From positions 22,072,001 through 22,136,000 of the forward strand of contig OX597818.1 in the NCBI GenBank assembly GCA_951406725.2: DNA of 64,000 nt, read 5' to 3'. Below are positions 51,950-64,000 of this stretch, in pieces (position 1 is the stretch's first letter; each line of letters begins with the position of its first letter). A program made the translations under genes and the position numbers. Under the pieces are notes generated by a model, which was given only the letters and a program-made list of their open reading frames with translations, was not told the origin of the DNA and made no database searches. Source of the stretch: Octopus vulgaris. Taxonomy: Eukaryota.

Positions 51950-53200
51950 GTGGGATTACATAAAAGAGTGTGTAAATGGAAGAATTACAGGGACAATAAA
52001 TTCCAGCAATGAATAATTCCCCCAATAAGAGAGGCTTCCAAGAATTGCTCATGGGAACCCTACAAAACCAGTCACCCTCACCACTAAAGCAAGTCCCTTT
52101 TCCCTTTTGTTCTCTAATTTATAGGCACATGCTCGGAGTTGGCCCATTCACTCTTGCCTATCTTTCAACGAATTTGTCAGAAGATAAGACTTCTCTCTTT
52201 ACTCTCACTTACCTTTCAAGTGGAACTTAAAAATATTTGTTGAAGGTTTGGTCAAAAAGGAAGGTATCAGCTCTTTCAATCTGGTCCACCATGCAACCTC
52301 TTCCACTAAGGCCATCAGATAAACACTGCTTGTCCTTCCCAGCCAAAGGAAGGTAGTGGAATGATTTTCATAATGGACTTAGCTGATAGCTATATCCTTC
52401 CTATATGTAAGAGCAGGTGTTTGGCATAACTCAAGTCAGTAATGCTTGGACATTAGATGAGTGTATGTAGAACAGTTTCATTAATCTGTGTGCATCTAAG
52501 GCTTCTGTACCTGTAAAGTTTATCTTGGACCAGCACAGCCAGGCTAGGAATGTATGGAAATTATTCTTGGGTTTGGTACAAAAGTCTTCCAGAACAGATC
52601 AGACAGTTGATTTTTGTAGGCATCCAGTTTCCCTTGGAATGTTGTTACTCTTGCCTTCTACTAACCCTCTATAGAATGCCATGGAGGAACTTCTACCAAC
52701 TGTACAGCCTGACTCTAAGCACTTGACAACATTCCAGGTGCTAAGTGCCCTTTCTTGATCTTTGCTTGATCCACAACTGTACCTTAGTCAAAGCAATAAG
52801 CTTTTGAAAAACCTGTCTGATAAACAGTGACCACACCTGTTACTATCAAGGAATTGCTGGAGATGATGTAAGCTCGGCACTTGCCTGCACATCATCAGCA
52901 ATGGCATACCCAGTCCTCCACACAACAGGTATTGACAGCAAATCGAGCACCTGACTAGTGGAATATATCCCTTCCACAGAAAGTGGAATATATCCCTTCC
53001 ACAGAAAGTGGAAGAGCATGTGCTCCAGTCCAGTCAAAAGTGAATTGGAGCAAGACACAACAAACAGGTGTCAATGTAAGCGTTCACCACCTTTGCTTGA
53101 CCTTTCAGAGATAGCTTTCTCTCAGACCACTTCTGGATGAGATGGGTCACTCTGTTCATCATCCTGTCCCAGTTATTTTCCACTCGCATATCTGGACCAA
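51950..53200 (-). mobile_element. Decayed L1/Tx1-like LINE, 3' part of ORF2
   Basis: Remnants LTGLEHMLFHFLWKG, GGLGMP, a CxxC...ETxxH zinc knuckle region and FKFHLKGKVRVKREVLS. Confidence 0.65.
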
Positions 53201-54346
53201 ATAATACAAATGTTAGTAAGAATAGAAAAAAACCCCATCAGAAATGCAAAAAACTAGTGACTGAATGACTGACACTGTTGTTCACTCATTGTGATATAAA
53301 ATAGATAAAAACAGTTGCTGACTCTTTATAAAATGTTGCACAAAACTTTAGTGGACACCATCTACCATGATAGTTAAGTCAGTGTTAACATGTTTAATGT
53401 TGTAAGCATAAAAAATCTTAGAAATATTTATGCCCTCCCAGTCTCTACCATATCAAATATCCAGAATGTGACAGGTAGGAGAGGGAGCTGTACCAGCACT
53501 AGGCTGGTACTTTATTAATCAACCCTGAAAGGATTAAAGGCAAGGCTGACCTTGGCAGGATTTGAACACAGAATGCAGAGATCTAGAAAAAGCTTTGCAT
53601 TACATTCTGTCCAATGTTCTAAAACTGTCGACCAATAGGCTAACAGAATACATATACTATTATGTAATCAACAAGAATGTTTTTGTTTTTAAATGCAAAA
53701 TCCAAACTTCTTTCAGAAGGCAACAATTATGGGTTTCAAAGGCCGTGACTTCTTCATCCATGTCTAGTAGCTTAGTTAAACTTTCACAATGCAGAATGGT
53801 TTAGTTTTGAGAAGACATCTGTCACTCATTTCTTAGATGGGGACATCAGTTTATAACAGAATTAAATCAGTATATACTTTAACCTTTTAACTTTAAACTG
53901 GCCATATCCAACCAAAGTATTCTGTTTTATGTTCAAACTGGTCAAATCTGCTCTCTTATGCCACCTACCCTACAATTTTAAACTAAAAGTAAACAATCCT
54001 ATCATCAAAATCTCAAAGGTACAAAGTAATGCACGATTAATTCAAAACATTTGTAAGTATTACATTTGACAGAGTAATCTGAATGCTAATGGGTCAAAAC
54101 TCAACCATCAATGACAACTGATGTCAAGACAAGCCAACAAGTAAAGCTCTGTTTTATGCTTTTTGTTATGCTTTTCCTTTTTTTAATTTTTTTTTATAAA
54201 TTTCCAACTATTTTTATATACCATTGTGACTGGGTGGATGGGCTTTCGCTCTTTTCTTTTGTGTTGGATAATTTGATTTCACAGTTGGGTAACCTTCAGG
54301 CTGTAATGAAGTGACATTGTTATCTTAGTGGTCAGAAACAGATAAA

Positions 54347-54751
54347 GGCGGTGAGCTGGCAGAAATGTTAGCACGCCGGACGAAATGCTTAGCAGTATTT
54401 TGTCTGCCATTACATTCTGAGTTCAAATTCCGCTGAGGTCAACTTTACCTTTCATCCTTTCGGGGTCGATAAATTAAGTACTGGGATTGATATAATCGAC
54501 TTAATCCGTTTGTCTGTCCTTGTTTGTCCTCTCTGTGTTTAGCCCCTTGTGGGTAGTAAAGAAATAGGTATTTCGTCTGCCATTATGTCCTGAGTTCAAA
54601 TTCCACCGAGGTCGACTTTGCCTTTCATCCTTTCGAGGTCGATAAATTAAGTACCAGTTACGCACTGGGGATTGATGTAATCGACTTAATCCCTTTGTCT
54701 GTCCTTGTTTGTCCCCTCTATGTTTAGCCCCTTGTGGGCAATAAAGAAATA
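54347..54751 (+). mobile_element. tRNA-derived SINE with an internal tandem duplication and a 13-bp TSD
   Basis: GAGCTGGCAGAA...GAGTTCAAATTCC...CATCCTTTCGGGGTCGATAAATTAAGTAC, with the body repeated twice. AGAAACAGATAAA at 54334-54346 and 54752-54764. Related copies at ~25665-25875 and 60930-61120. Confidence 0.88.
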
Positions 54752-55975
54752 AGAAACAGATAAATTCCTTCAATCATTTCATGCTGTGAAACACGAAGCT
54801 AAGTGCAGTATGCTTCACTTATTATGTTTGAAATTTTGTGGAGATGGATGACATAAGAATCAGTGCTGACAGACCTTACTCAAACTAAAGTTCAATCAGT
54901 CCCCCACTCCAGGCACAATCCCCTCCCTTAAATAACCTCAGATACTCTCTATGTTTGCTATGTGTTAATTGACTAGCAAGATATACTGAAGTACAACAGT
55001 TGACTACTGAAGTCTTTATTAACCTAATCAACAATGACTATAATCGGAAATCCACTTGACCTCACATCTACACTGATTCTCAAGAGTATGAGGAAGTAGT
55101 TTAAGTTTGATACTCATATGGTATAAAAAAATTTCATTTAGTGAAACTGGAATGGAAGAATAGGCAATTGAATGTGGTCGTTTGTAAGCCTAGTACTTAG
55201 TCTGTTGGTCTCTTTTGCCGAACCGCTATGTTATGGGGACATAAACACCAACATCGGCTGTCAAGTGATGGTGGGGAGGACAAACAAAGACACAGAAACA
55301 CACACATACGCACGCTCGAGCGCGCGCACACACACACACACACATATGATGGGTTTCATTCAGTTTCCATTTACCAAATCCACTCACAAGGCTTTGGTTG
55401 GTCCAAGGGTATAGTAGAAGACACTTGCCCAAGGTTCCATACAGTGGGACTGAACCCAGAACCATGTGGTTGGGAAGCAAGCTTCTTACCAGACAGCCAC
55501 TCCTGCACCTATGAATTTTTAATTTTTTTACTAATTACACCTCTGTCCAGTTTCGAAGGATTTATAAGTCTTATGGACGGGTTGCCTTTGTGCCTTTGAC
55601 CTTAATATTGTCAAAGCAAAAGGATTAAATCCCATTATACCAAAAGCAACAAAAATACTGTCACATCTTGTACTTTTGTTTACAAAGTTCTGCATGCATA
55701 AATAAATTCTGAACAATACCATAAGCCCAAATTTAATCAATATAAATTTTTCCAAAACAAAAAATCTAATTACCACCCACCTCAAACCCACACACCCAAA
55801 GATGATTTTAACTCAAAGGAGACTCTCTAAAGGCAAAATTAACTCCAATGCATTGCAGTCTGATAATGACATAGCTGGTTAAAATTTCAAAGTCACTGTC
55901 AACAACATTCTTGTATATGAATAATTAATTTATTAAATCTCAGAGCGAGATGTAAACAGTAACCGCTCAACAACA

Positions 55976-56141
55976 TAAAGTATAAAAACCATCTCAACAT
56001 GGCCAACCACAAAGTAGGGGTGTCACTGTAGCTATTTAGCCCCAGGAGATCCAGTTGGAGACATCGATCTCCTGGGGTTAGATAGCTACAGTAACACCGC
56101 CACTTTGTGGTTGGCCATGTTGAGATGGCTTTTATACTTTA
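55976..56141. repeat. Foldback inverted repeat, ~76-bp arms and a 14-nt loop
   Basis: TAAAGTATAAAA..CCATCTCAACATGGCCAACCACAAAGT...CCCCAGGAGATC pairs with GATCTCCTGGGG...ACTTTGTGGTTGGCCATGTTGAGATGG..TTTTATACTTTA. Confidence 0.9.
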
Positions 56142-56199
56142 CAAATAATTAATTTGTACCCTACAAAAGTATAGAGTAACTCCGAGAGTCAGACAGAAT

Positions 56200-56370
56200 G
56201 TGTGTGTATGTGTGTGCCTTACTAGGAATAGAGTATCAGTGATGCTTCTATCCACAAAACCTAATTGCATCTCATCTAAGCTTACTCTCTTCCTAAGTAG
56301 TTGAGCTATGACTCCTTCTGTAACTTTCATGACCTGGTCCAGTAATTGATACCTCTGTAATTATATATGT
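56200..56370 (-). mobile_element. RTE-like RT fragment
   Basis: MKVTEGVIAQLLRKRVSLDEMQLGF...TDTLFLVR. Confidence 0.6.
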
Positions 56371-57444
56371 CTAAGATGTCAATGTATATAACTTATATAG
56401 CTATGTATATAATTTAGGTATTTTTCCATGGATTGAAAAAGTGAAAAACTGCCTCCAGTTTGGATCTAGAACAGACATTTGCTCAAAATTCCCGTGTAAC
56501 TTAACTTTTCAACCACAAGTCTGCCTGCATCTTAAGTGGGATATATGCATGCACGAGTGTGTAAATAACTATCTTTTGAAATATTTGCTAAGTTTTCACG
56601 TGATACACATATGGAACAGTCAAGAATGAAACTAGATAGTAACTGGTCATGTGGTGTCAGCTGGTGTAGAGAGAGTTCTTTGTGACTCAGCAGACGTTTC
56701 TGAGTTTATCAGCAAAAAGTCTGCATATGATAACACTATATACCCCCTTTCCCCTATTTAGTTCAGTGTCTTATGATAAAGCATGTGAATTTTCTCTAAT
56801 ATGTCACGGTCACAACATTTTGCTTTGTTTTAATAATGTTGTGGCTATGTCCAAACTGCCTCTGTAATTTTGTTGTCACATCTTTTGTCTTTCTAGTTCT
56901 ATAAGATTGGAAAAAATAATGTATTTATATTGAAATCATTTTTGAAGGAGCTGATGTGTTGCTAAAAGCAGTTTTTTAAATGAGTTCTGTGAAACAATCA
57001 CTTTAACAGAACTCTCATACAGTAGCCAGTGACTCTTTCAGGAACCTCTATGTCATCCCTTAACCTGTTAGAAATAGCAGCCAAATATCACTGAAATAAT
57101 CTTAAATGAAAAAAAAAGCGAGGCATTGGATAACTGAAATTTTAATGGTCATACCAAGAAGGTTTTTAACAAGTCTGTCAATCAAAGCTGACCCGAGAGT
57201 AAAATTCTTTCCCCGGTATCTTATCCAAGGTGCACAATTCTGATATCTTACAATTTCATTACTTCCCTTCGTTTCTTTTAATCCCTATAGTTGTAATGTT
57301 ATTATCAATCCGAATATGTTTGAGGCACGGTTCGAACAAGCTACTCACTGCGTTTTGTCGTGTGTATACAAATCGTGTGTATACACCTATATCAGTTCGC
57401 GCTCCCCCTCTGTAATATTTCTATAGTATAACACTTTTATACTG

Positions 57445-57857
57445 GGCAATCTTTCGTCTCTAGTAGACCTTTCCGTCGATTTCCGTAAAAATTTTTTTTT
57501 TTACATATGGGCTTGCGGGAACTTTGAAGTAATGAGAGCGAAAGAGATTAAGAGAAAGCGATTTTATGACGAGGGAAGTTCTTTTGAAGTTACCGTGCAT
57601 GGCAAGCATTGATGTACATGTGTGCGTGTGTGTGTGTGTTTGATGGGGTGTGGGAGACAGACAGTATGTTGTGTAAGTGAAGTGCTTCTGTTAGTGTGTG
57701 TGAAGAGACAGAGTAATGTGTTAAAGAAAGAGATAACTGAAATTTTTTACTCGGTGTATGTGTATATTACTTCAAAAGTTCCCGCAAGCCCATATGTAAA
57801 AAAAAAAAAAAAATTACGGAAATCGACGGAAAGGTCTACTAGAGACGAAAGATCGCC
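57445..57857. mobile_element. MITE with ~85-bp TIRs and an 8-bp TSD (Merlin-like)
   Basis: TIRs GGCAATCTTTCGTCTCTAGTAGACC... and ...GGTCTACTAGAGACGAAAGATCGCC. TTATACTG is duplicated at 57437-57444 and 57858-57865. Confidence 0.88.
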
Positions 57858-58971
57858 TTATACTGTTTACGTACAAGATAAAATTTAGTCTGTGATTTCG
57901 ATTATATGTTTAGTTTCCATACCTGGAATTTCCTAGCTAACCCCTCCAGATATTCAGCTATAGCTCATCAGTATATGAACGTTCTCATGGAGAACCGATC
58001 TTAAACTCCTCTGAGATGACTGTACGACTATGATGAATAGGACAGGTTTGAAGAATGAGCATCAATGAACTCGTAGTATCCTGCTTGTAAAAAGCAAAGT
58101 GGGTTTTTTTTCCCCGATGCTCTTACGATTCTGCCAGCTTACAGACTTAGCAGTATTTCAAATAAATAAACCTAAATTGTGCAAGTGGTGCTAAGCTCTT
58201 GGTGAGCGAAATATGTAATATATAGGTTCAGTTTCCGGCTGAGCAATTTTATATTGCTTTTTCTTTTTTTTTGGTTCTTTTCCTTGTTTCCGTCATTTGA
58301 TTGCAGCCATGCTGAGGCACTGTCTTGAAGGATTTTAGTCAAACAAAACTGACCCCAGGATTTATTTTTTTAAAACCTAGTACTTATTCTATTGGCCATT
58401 TTATGCTGAACCGCTAAGTTACAGGGACGTAAACACACCGACACCAGCTGTCAAGTACTCTCAGGTCCCCAATAATAGGGATGAGGGTGGAATAAGCAGG
58501 TGGGTTGGATATTTGCTTAAATTCATATAAGTGGGTGAGTTGGAAAATCGGTACTTGTATAGTGGTAACAGTATAAAATTTTAAAATTTTCTAGGTTGGT
58601 TCCCTCTATTTATTTTTAAAGCCAGTTATTTACATTCGGTTCCCAAATAATAGGGGGCGGGTGGGCTGGACATTTGCTTAAATTCACATAAGCGGGTTGG
58701 TTGGAATAAATTGGGGTAGGTGGGAATCAGTAACTGTATAGTGTATGTACGAAAATTAGGAAAAAAGCATCCTAAAGCACATACAACGACACAACGAGGC
58801 AAAAGAATTAACAAGAGACAGGTGAAAAGAGCACTTTAGTTAAGATATACATTTGGATAACAAAAATAGGACTTTGTTAATTATGGTAATTAATGGAATT
58901 TTTTTTTCAAATGCTGCGGACTAAACAGATATTGATACAAGCAACACGTCTTAAACAGAAAGAGTAAAACA

Positions 58972-59935
58972 CAGGGATCTGTCCTTGGTCCCCTCTTGTT
59001 TGTGGCATACATTAATGACATAGATGCCAATTTAAAGAATGCCACAGTATTGAAATATGCAGACGACATCAAGCTGTACCTTGAAATCAAGAGGACAGAT
59101 CCTGTTGTCTACAGCTCTTTCCTGCAACCAGACCTGGACACAATGCAGCAATGGATCACAGACTGGCAACTGAAACTGGCTGTGGACAAGTGTTCCACCA
59201 TGCATTTTGGGAGAAAAAACCCTGCGTCCACATACTCCCTCTACAACACTGATATCAAGAAATCCTCTTGCGAGCGAGACCTAGGCATCACTGTCAGCAG
59301 TGATTTGCGTTAGACAAAGCATATCTCTAAAATTGTCAAGAAGGCCGAGGGTGTCTTGGCATCACTCAGCAAGACTTTTGTTAGCCGCTCTCCAGCCATC
59401 TATTTAAAACTGTATACAGCTATGGTACGACCACACTTGGAATTCGCATCATCAGTTTGGAACCCTTATCTTGCTCAGAACATTGACCTCCTGGAATCTG
59501 TTCAGAGACGTGCAACCAAACGCATACCCTCCATCAGACACCTACCATACTCTGAGCACTTTGTTTCCCTGGGCATGGATTCACTGAAGCTCCGGCGTCT
59601 GGCGATGGACTTGGTAAACACCCACAAAGTTATCAACCACCTCACCACCAACAACACTGAACACCTTTTTGATCTTCATGTGTCTAACACATGTGGACAT
59701 GCCTACAAAGTCAGAAAACAACACAGCTCCCATGACTTTCTGAAACATTTTTTCACGCTCAGAGTTGCTGAAGCATGGAACAAACTACCTGCGTCAGTTG
59801 TTGACTGCCATGACACCGCATCCTTTAAGGCCCTCATGCTTTCCGAAATCCGCCGAAACTACACCTGATTATACATACACTTTAGATGAGTTGTAGTGCA
59901 CCTGAGCACTGTACACAATGTTTTTATTATTATTA
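58972..59935 (+). mobile_element. CR1-clade LINE, 5'-truncated RT and 3' end
   Basis: QGSVLGPLLFVAYINDI, KYADDIKL, ERDLGI, LYTAMVRPHLEFASSVWNP, LESVQRRATK, FFTLRVAEAWNKLP. One in-frame TAG at 59311-59313. Short 3' UTR ending in (ATT)n. Confidence 0.92.
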
Positions 59936-61857
59936 TAATGAAAAGAGTATAAGTACCGTTTCGTGAATTTGCAGTATTTATTATACTATGCATAATAAAA
60001 CATAGCACTCCGTAAATAGATATAACTGATAGATTCATGATTTTTCGTCATTGCCATTCTTCAGGTTTCTCGGTTTCGATATTCGTTTCTTTACAGATCG
60101 CCGAGCTTCGCTGACAGTTGACATGCATTTGTTTTGATATGGCAAGAAAAGTGTAGCAGTCTCGTTTTCATCCAACACCTTCTGTATTTTTTCAAGAAAC
60201 AGGGCATCTTTATTAACCTGATCACCACAACTGATTCCTACAACAGAGATAGAGCTTTCCGTCATCATGTTTGGCTGCCCGTGCTTTGACTCCTGCGAAA
60301 CCATGGGATTTCTCCAGATGGATCAATCACCTCTAAAAGATTCTCAGATGGCACGCTTTCATCTTCCGACTCACTTTTGGCAGCTTTTTCCTCAATGCCA
60401 TCACCATCAGATAGTTCTGAGCCTTCAATATTGTTTGCACGCTTGACCCCTTTCGGTGGTATTAAATTCTTAATTACTCTCTGAATAGTATTTGGGCAGG
60501 GTTTTGACATCATTTCCGGACGAAACTCTCGTATCAACGGACTGACAATAGCAAGTGCTTGCTTTTCTTCTATAGAATAATTTTTGGTCAAACTAAAATG
60601 TTTGACCCGAGCAAAAAAAAGAAAAAAAAAATTCCTTGTTTTTTTATGTGTCCTGAAGCAAGTGTGTAGTGTCTTGAAATGACTGATCTTAGGGTTGAAG
60701 AATGCCCTAAAATGTTGAAGATTCGCCCGCATGAACGTTGGTTACATATATTGTGGATAAATATTTTTCTTCCGTGTGTTATGAAAACAAATAGAAAACT
60801 CCAGGTTTTCTTCCCATTCCTATGTTGTTGTTTTTTTTTTTGTCACAATTTGTGTCAGTCAAAATAATAAAATCCCCAAGAGTCTAATCGATTTTCACCT
60901 CCCCTTTAAATTGCTGGCCTTGTGCCTAAGCATCGGGCAACATGCCTTGCAGCATAGAGTTATGGTCCATTACATTCTGAGTTCAATCCCACTGAAGTTA
61001 GCTTTACCTTTCATCCTGACAGGGTTGATAAAATAAAGCACCTGTAATGTACTGGGGTGTTTTAATCCACTTGTCCCTCCCCACAAATTGTTGGCCTTGT
61101 GCCTAAATGAAAAATAATTATTTAAAATTTTCTAGGCTGTCACTCTTGATTTTTTTAAAAAACCAGAATTAGTTATTTAGTTTATATATCCTATTTACTT
61201 TATAACATATGGTATTACTTGTAATGTTCTTATCATAAAATAAAATTATTAGATTCTCCAGCTGTTGTATCAATATAAATAACTTACAATAAAATTTTAC
61301 TGGAGACAGATTAGCAAAATTTAATAAGTGGGAGGCCACCTATTCATACCCCATAGTTCTTCTTATTATAAGTTCTGCATCAGAATCCTCTGAGTTCGAA
61401 GGTTGATTAATTGCTGAAGGCCATAAATGAGTTGTTTGGTGGAATGCATTTATGGTAGGTCACAAATAGTAAGGTAGATATCATACTATAGTAGCACCAT
61501 ACATTCTTTTATTCTTTTACTTGTTTCAGACATTTGACTGTGGCCATGATGGAGCACCACCTTTTAGTTGAAGAAATCAACCCCTGAACTTATTCTTTGT
61601 AAGCCTGATGATTATTCTGTTAGTTTCTTCGGCTGAACTACTAAGTAACAGGGGACATAAATACACCAACATCGGCTGTCAAGCGATGGTGGGGGAGGGG
61701 ACAAACACACACAAATATATACCTGCTAACTCAGAAGGCTACTACAGATCCCTAGCTCCAGCCTCAGCTGTGAACTTGGAATCTAATGGATACCAATTAT
61801 AGCATTTACATAGTGTACCTATTCATTTAGATCACCAGTGAACTAAACCTCTCATAG

Positions 61858-61891
<34 letters not shown>

Positions 61892-64000
61892 CAAATGGCT
61901 TCTTTCAGTTTCCGTCTACCAAATCCACTCACAAGACTTTGGTCAGCCTGAGATACTTGCCCAAGGTATCATGCAGCAGGACTGAACCCTGAACCATGTG
62001 GTTGAGAAGCAAGCTTCTTACCACACAGCCATGCCTTTATACATGCTCTAAGTTATTATCCACAGCTTTGTACAGTAGTGGGGTTGAAATTTGCAGTGGG
62101 ACAAATTTTAAAGCTGGTCACAGGTTATGTGATTTTTCCCATGCTTTCTATAAACCAAGGCAATGTTGTCAGTTTCTTATGTGTTGTAATTTAAATGTTT
62201 ATTGAGAAATTTCTTTGTTTATTTCATGATATTTATTATTTGTTTAGTCTGAAGAAAGATGTTGTTCCCATGACCTTTGCAACCTATCTAAAACTGGTAA
62301 AGTTGGTGTGCTTAACATTCCTCTTGAAGAGATGCAAATGAGACATGTGTGGGGAGAAGATTCCAGAGGGCCAACACTCAGGAGAGGAAGGAATGGTTAG
62401 TATTGTGTTTGGTACTGGTAGTGGACATAATATGAGTGGTGAGTTGAGATACAAGTGAACTGAGGATACCCAAACAGAGATGGCAGGAGACCAGTCAGCA
62501 CTAAGGATCTGAAGCCATTGCAGTGTCAGTGAAAAAAAAAAAAAAGAGAGGAGACATGTCTATGGACTAGAGCTTGGAGTGTGTTGGTGAGTGACTTTAT
62601 GCCAGTCAGCTGAGTGGCTTCTTTAGATGCTCTAGGATATCAGTGTATATCAAACACTATCTCTGATCCAGGAATGGCACTCCATTGTGGGTCTTGAACT
62701 TTGTAGAAAGTTAAAAATTGCTGAGAATCTGAAATACTTATGGATGTCTATGTGATGCTATTTTGACTATGTTTTTGATCTGTATTTGTTAGGAGAGATC
62801 CTCAGTGAAGGCAAAGTCTAACATATGTAGCAATCTTGAAAATTCTAATTACAAACTGTTTATGTTTAAGGACAGACTGGGGTGTGGTAAGGCTATAATG
62901 TTTTCCACCACCACCATCATCATTGTAAATTAGCATGCATATGATGTGCTGCAATGAGTTAGATGATTTGAAAGGATTTGACAAGTCAGAGGACTGTGTC
63001 AGGTTCCAATGTTTGTGTTTCTGATTTGGCATGGTTTCTACAGCTGGATGACCTTCCTAACACCAACCACTTTACAGAGTACACTGGGTGCTTTTCCATA
63101 TCAACAGTACTAATAAGATCATCAAGTAGCTTGCAAAACAAGGTCCCTTGATAGAGGGGAGGTAGTATTGAGGGAGGTGGTTTATGCCAGGTGTTCAGAG
63201 GCTACAGCATGACAGTTAAATAGGAACAGGTGTCTTGCTGTAAATGAGACACATGGTTACTCCAGCTGGTAAAGGAGAAAAGAAGGGGTAATGAAGTATC
63301 AGGATGTACCTTCAAGGTACAAGTTGGTGAAGGTGCAACAGAAGAACAGGTGAGAGGGGTAGGGGCAGAGGATGTGTTTAATGATTGTGTTTTTTGTATT
63401 GCTCATGTGTAATGATTGTGTATTGATTGTTGACAAAACTGACATAATCCACTGGAGAATATTTATGGCATTTTATTTCATGGAATCAATGTAGATTTGG
63501 TTTGCGATGTCTAGGCTGCATGTGAATATTTGGAGAAATGAAGGCTGGTATATCATCTTCGCGAGAGTGACCATTGTAGAAAGTGACAGCAAGTAAGTCA
63601 CTGATGTATAGGAGGAAGAGTTTGCAGACAAAACCAAACTCTGCAGCACAGAGTTGATAGAATGTGGGTCAGAAACTCTATTAGCACACATCATAATGGT
63701 GTAATCTGATAAGAAGCCACAGATACAAGAGACTTGTTTTTGATGATTTCTATTACTTTTATTACAGAATATTATTATGGAATTTGTTGTTAAATTCTAT
63801 ATCTTTTTTAATAAAAAAAATTCCTTTTACAGGACACCATGTTTGAAGGCATATAAATGTTTGCTTCCAAGATAATACTTCTCTTCATATTATAGCTATC
63901 TACTCAGTTGAAATGCACTACATTACTCATTGCATAAATTCGATTTTGTTTTTTGCATTTTTAAAGAGATTTTGATTTCCTCTGCTTCACTAATTTATAT

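Overview
AT-rich, microsatellite-dense eukaryotic DNA. The SINE, LINE and microsatellite content resembles an Octopus (coleoid cephalopod) genome; this is recognition, not a search result. There is one convincing intact gene, an intron-free 486-aa alanine aminotransferase (13810-15270, +), probably a retrogene. The rest is transposon material: a near-intact Penelope-like element (RT + GIY-YIG), CR1, RTE and Tx1-like LINE fragments, mariner, pogo and Merlin transposase remnants, MITEs and several tRNA-derived SINE families. Most short ORFs in the track are microsatellite or SINE artefacts. The most interesting signal is a set of minimal type-I hammerhead ribozyme motifs from about six unrelated sequence families. 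One lies in the 3' end of the Penelope-like element and one is fused behind a tRNA-like Pol III head. Several sit in foldback hairpins or partial tandem units, which suggests non-autonomous ribozyme-bearing retroelements mobilised by Penelope-like elements. All folds and alignments were done by eye, and boundaries of decayed elements are approximate.
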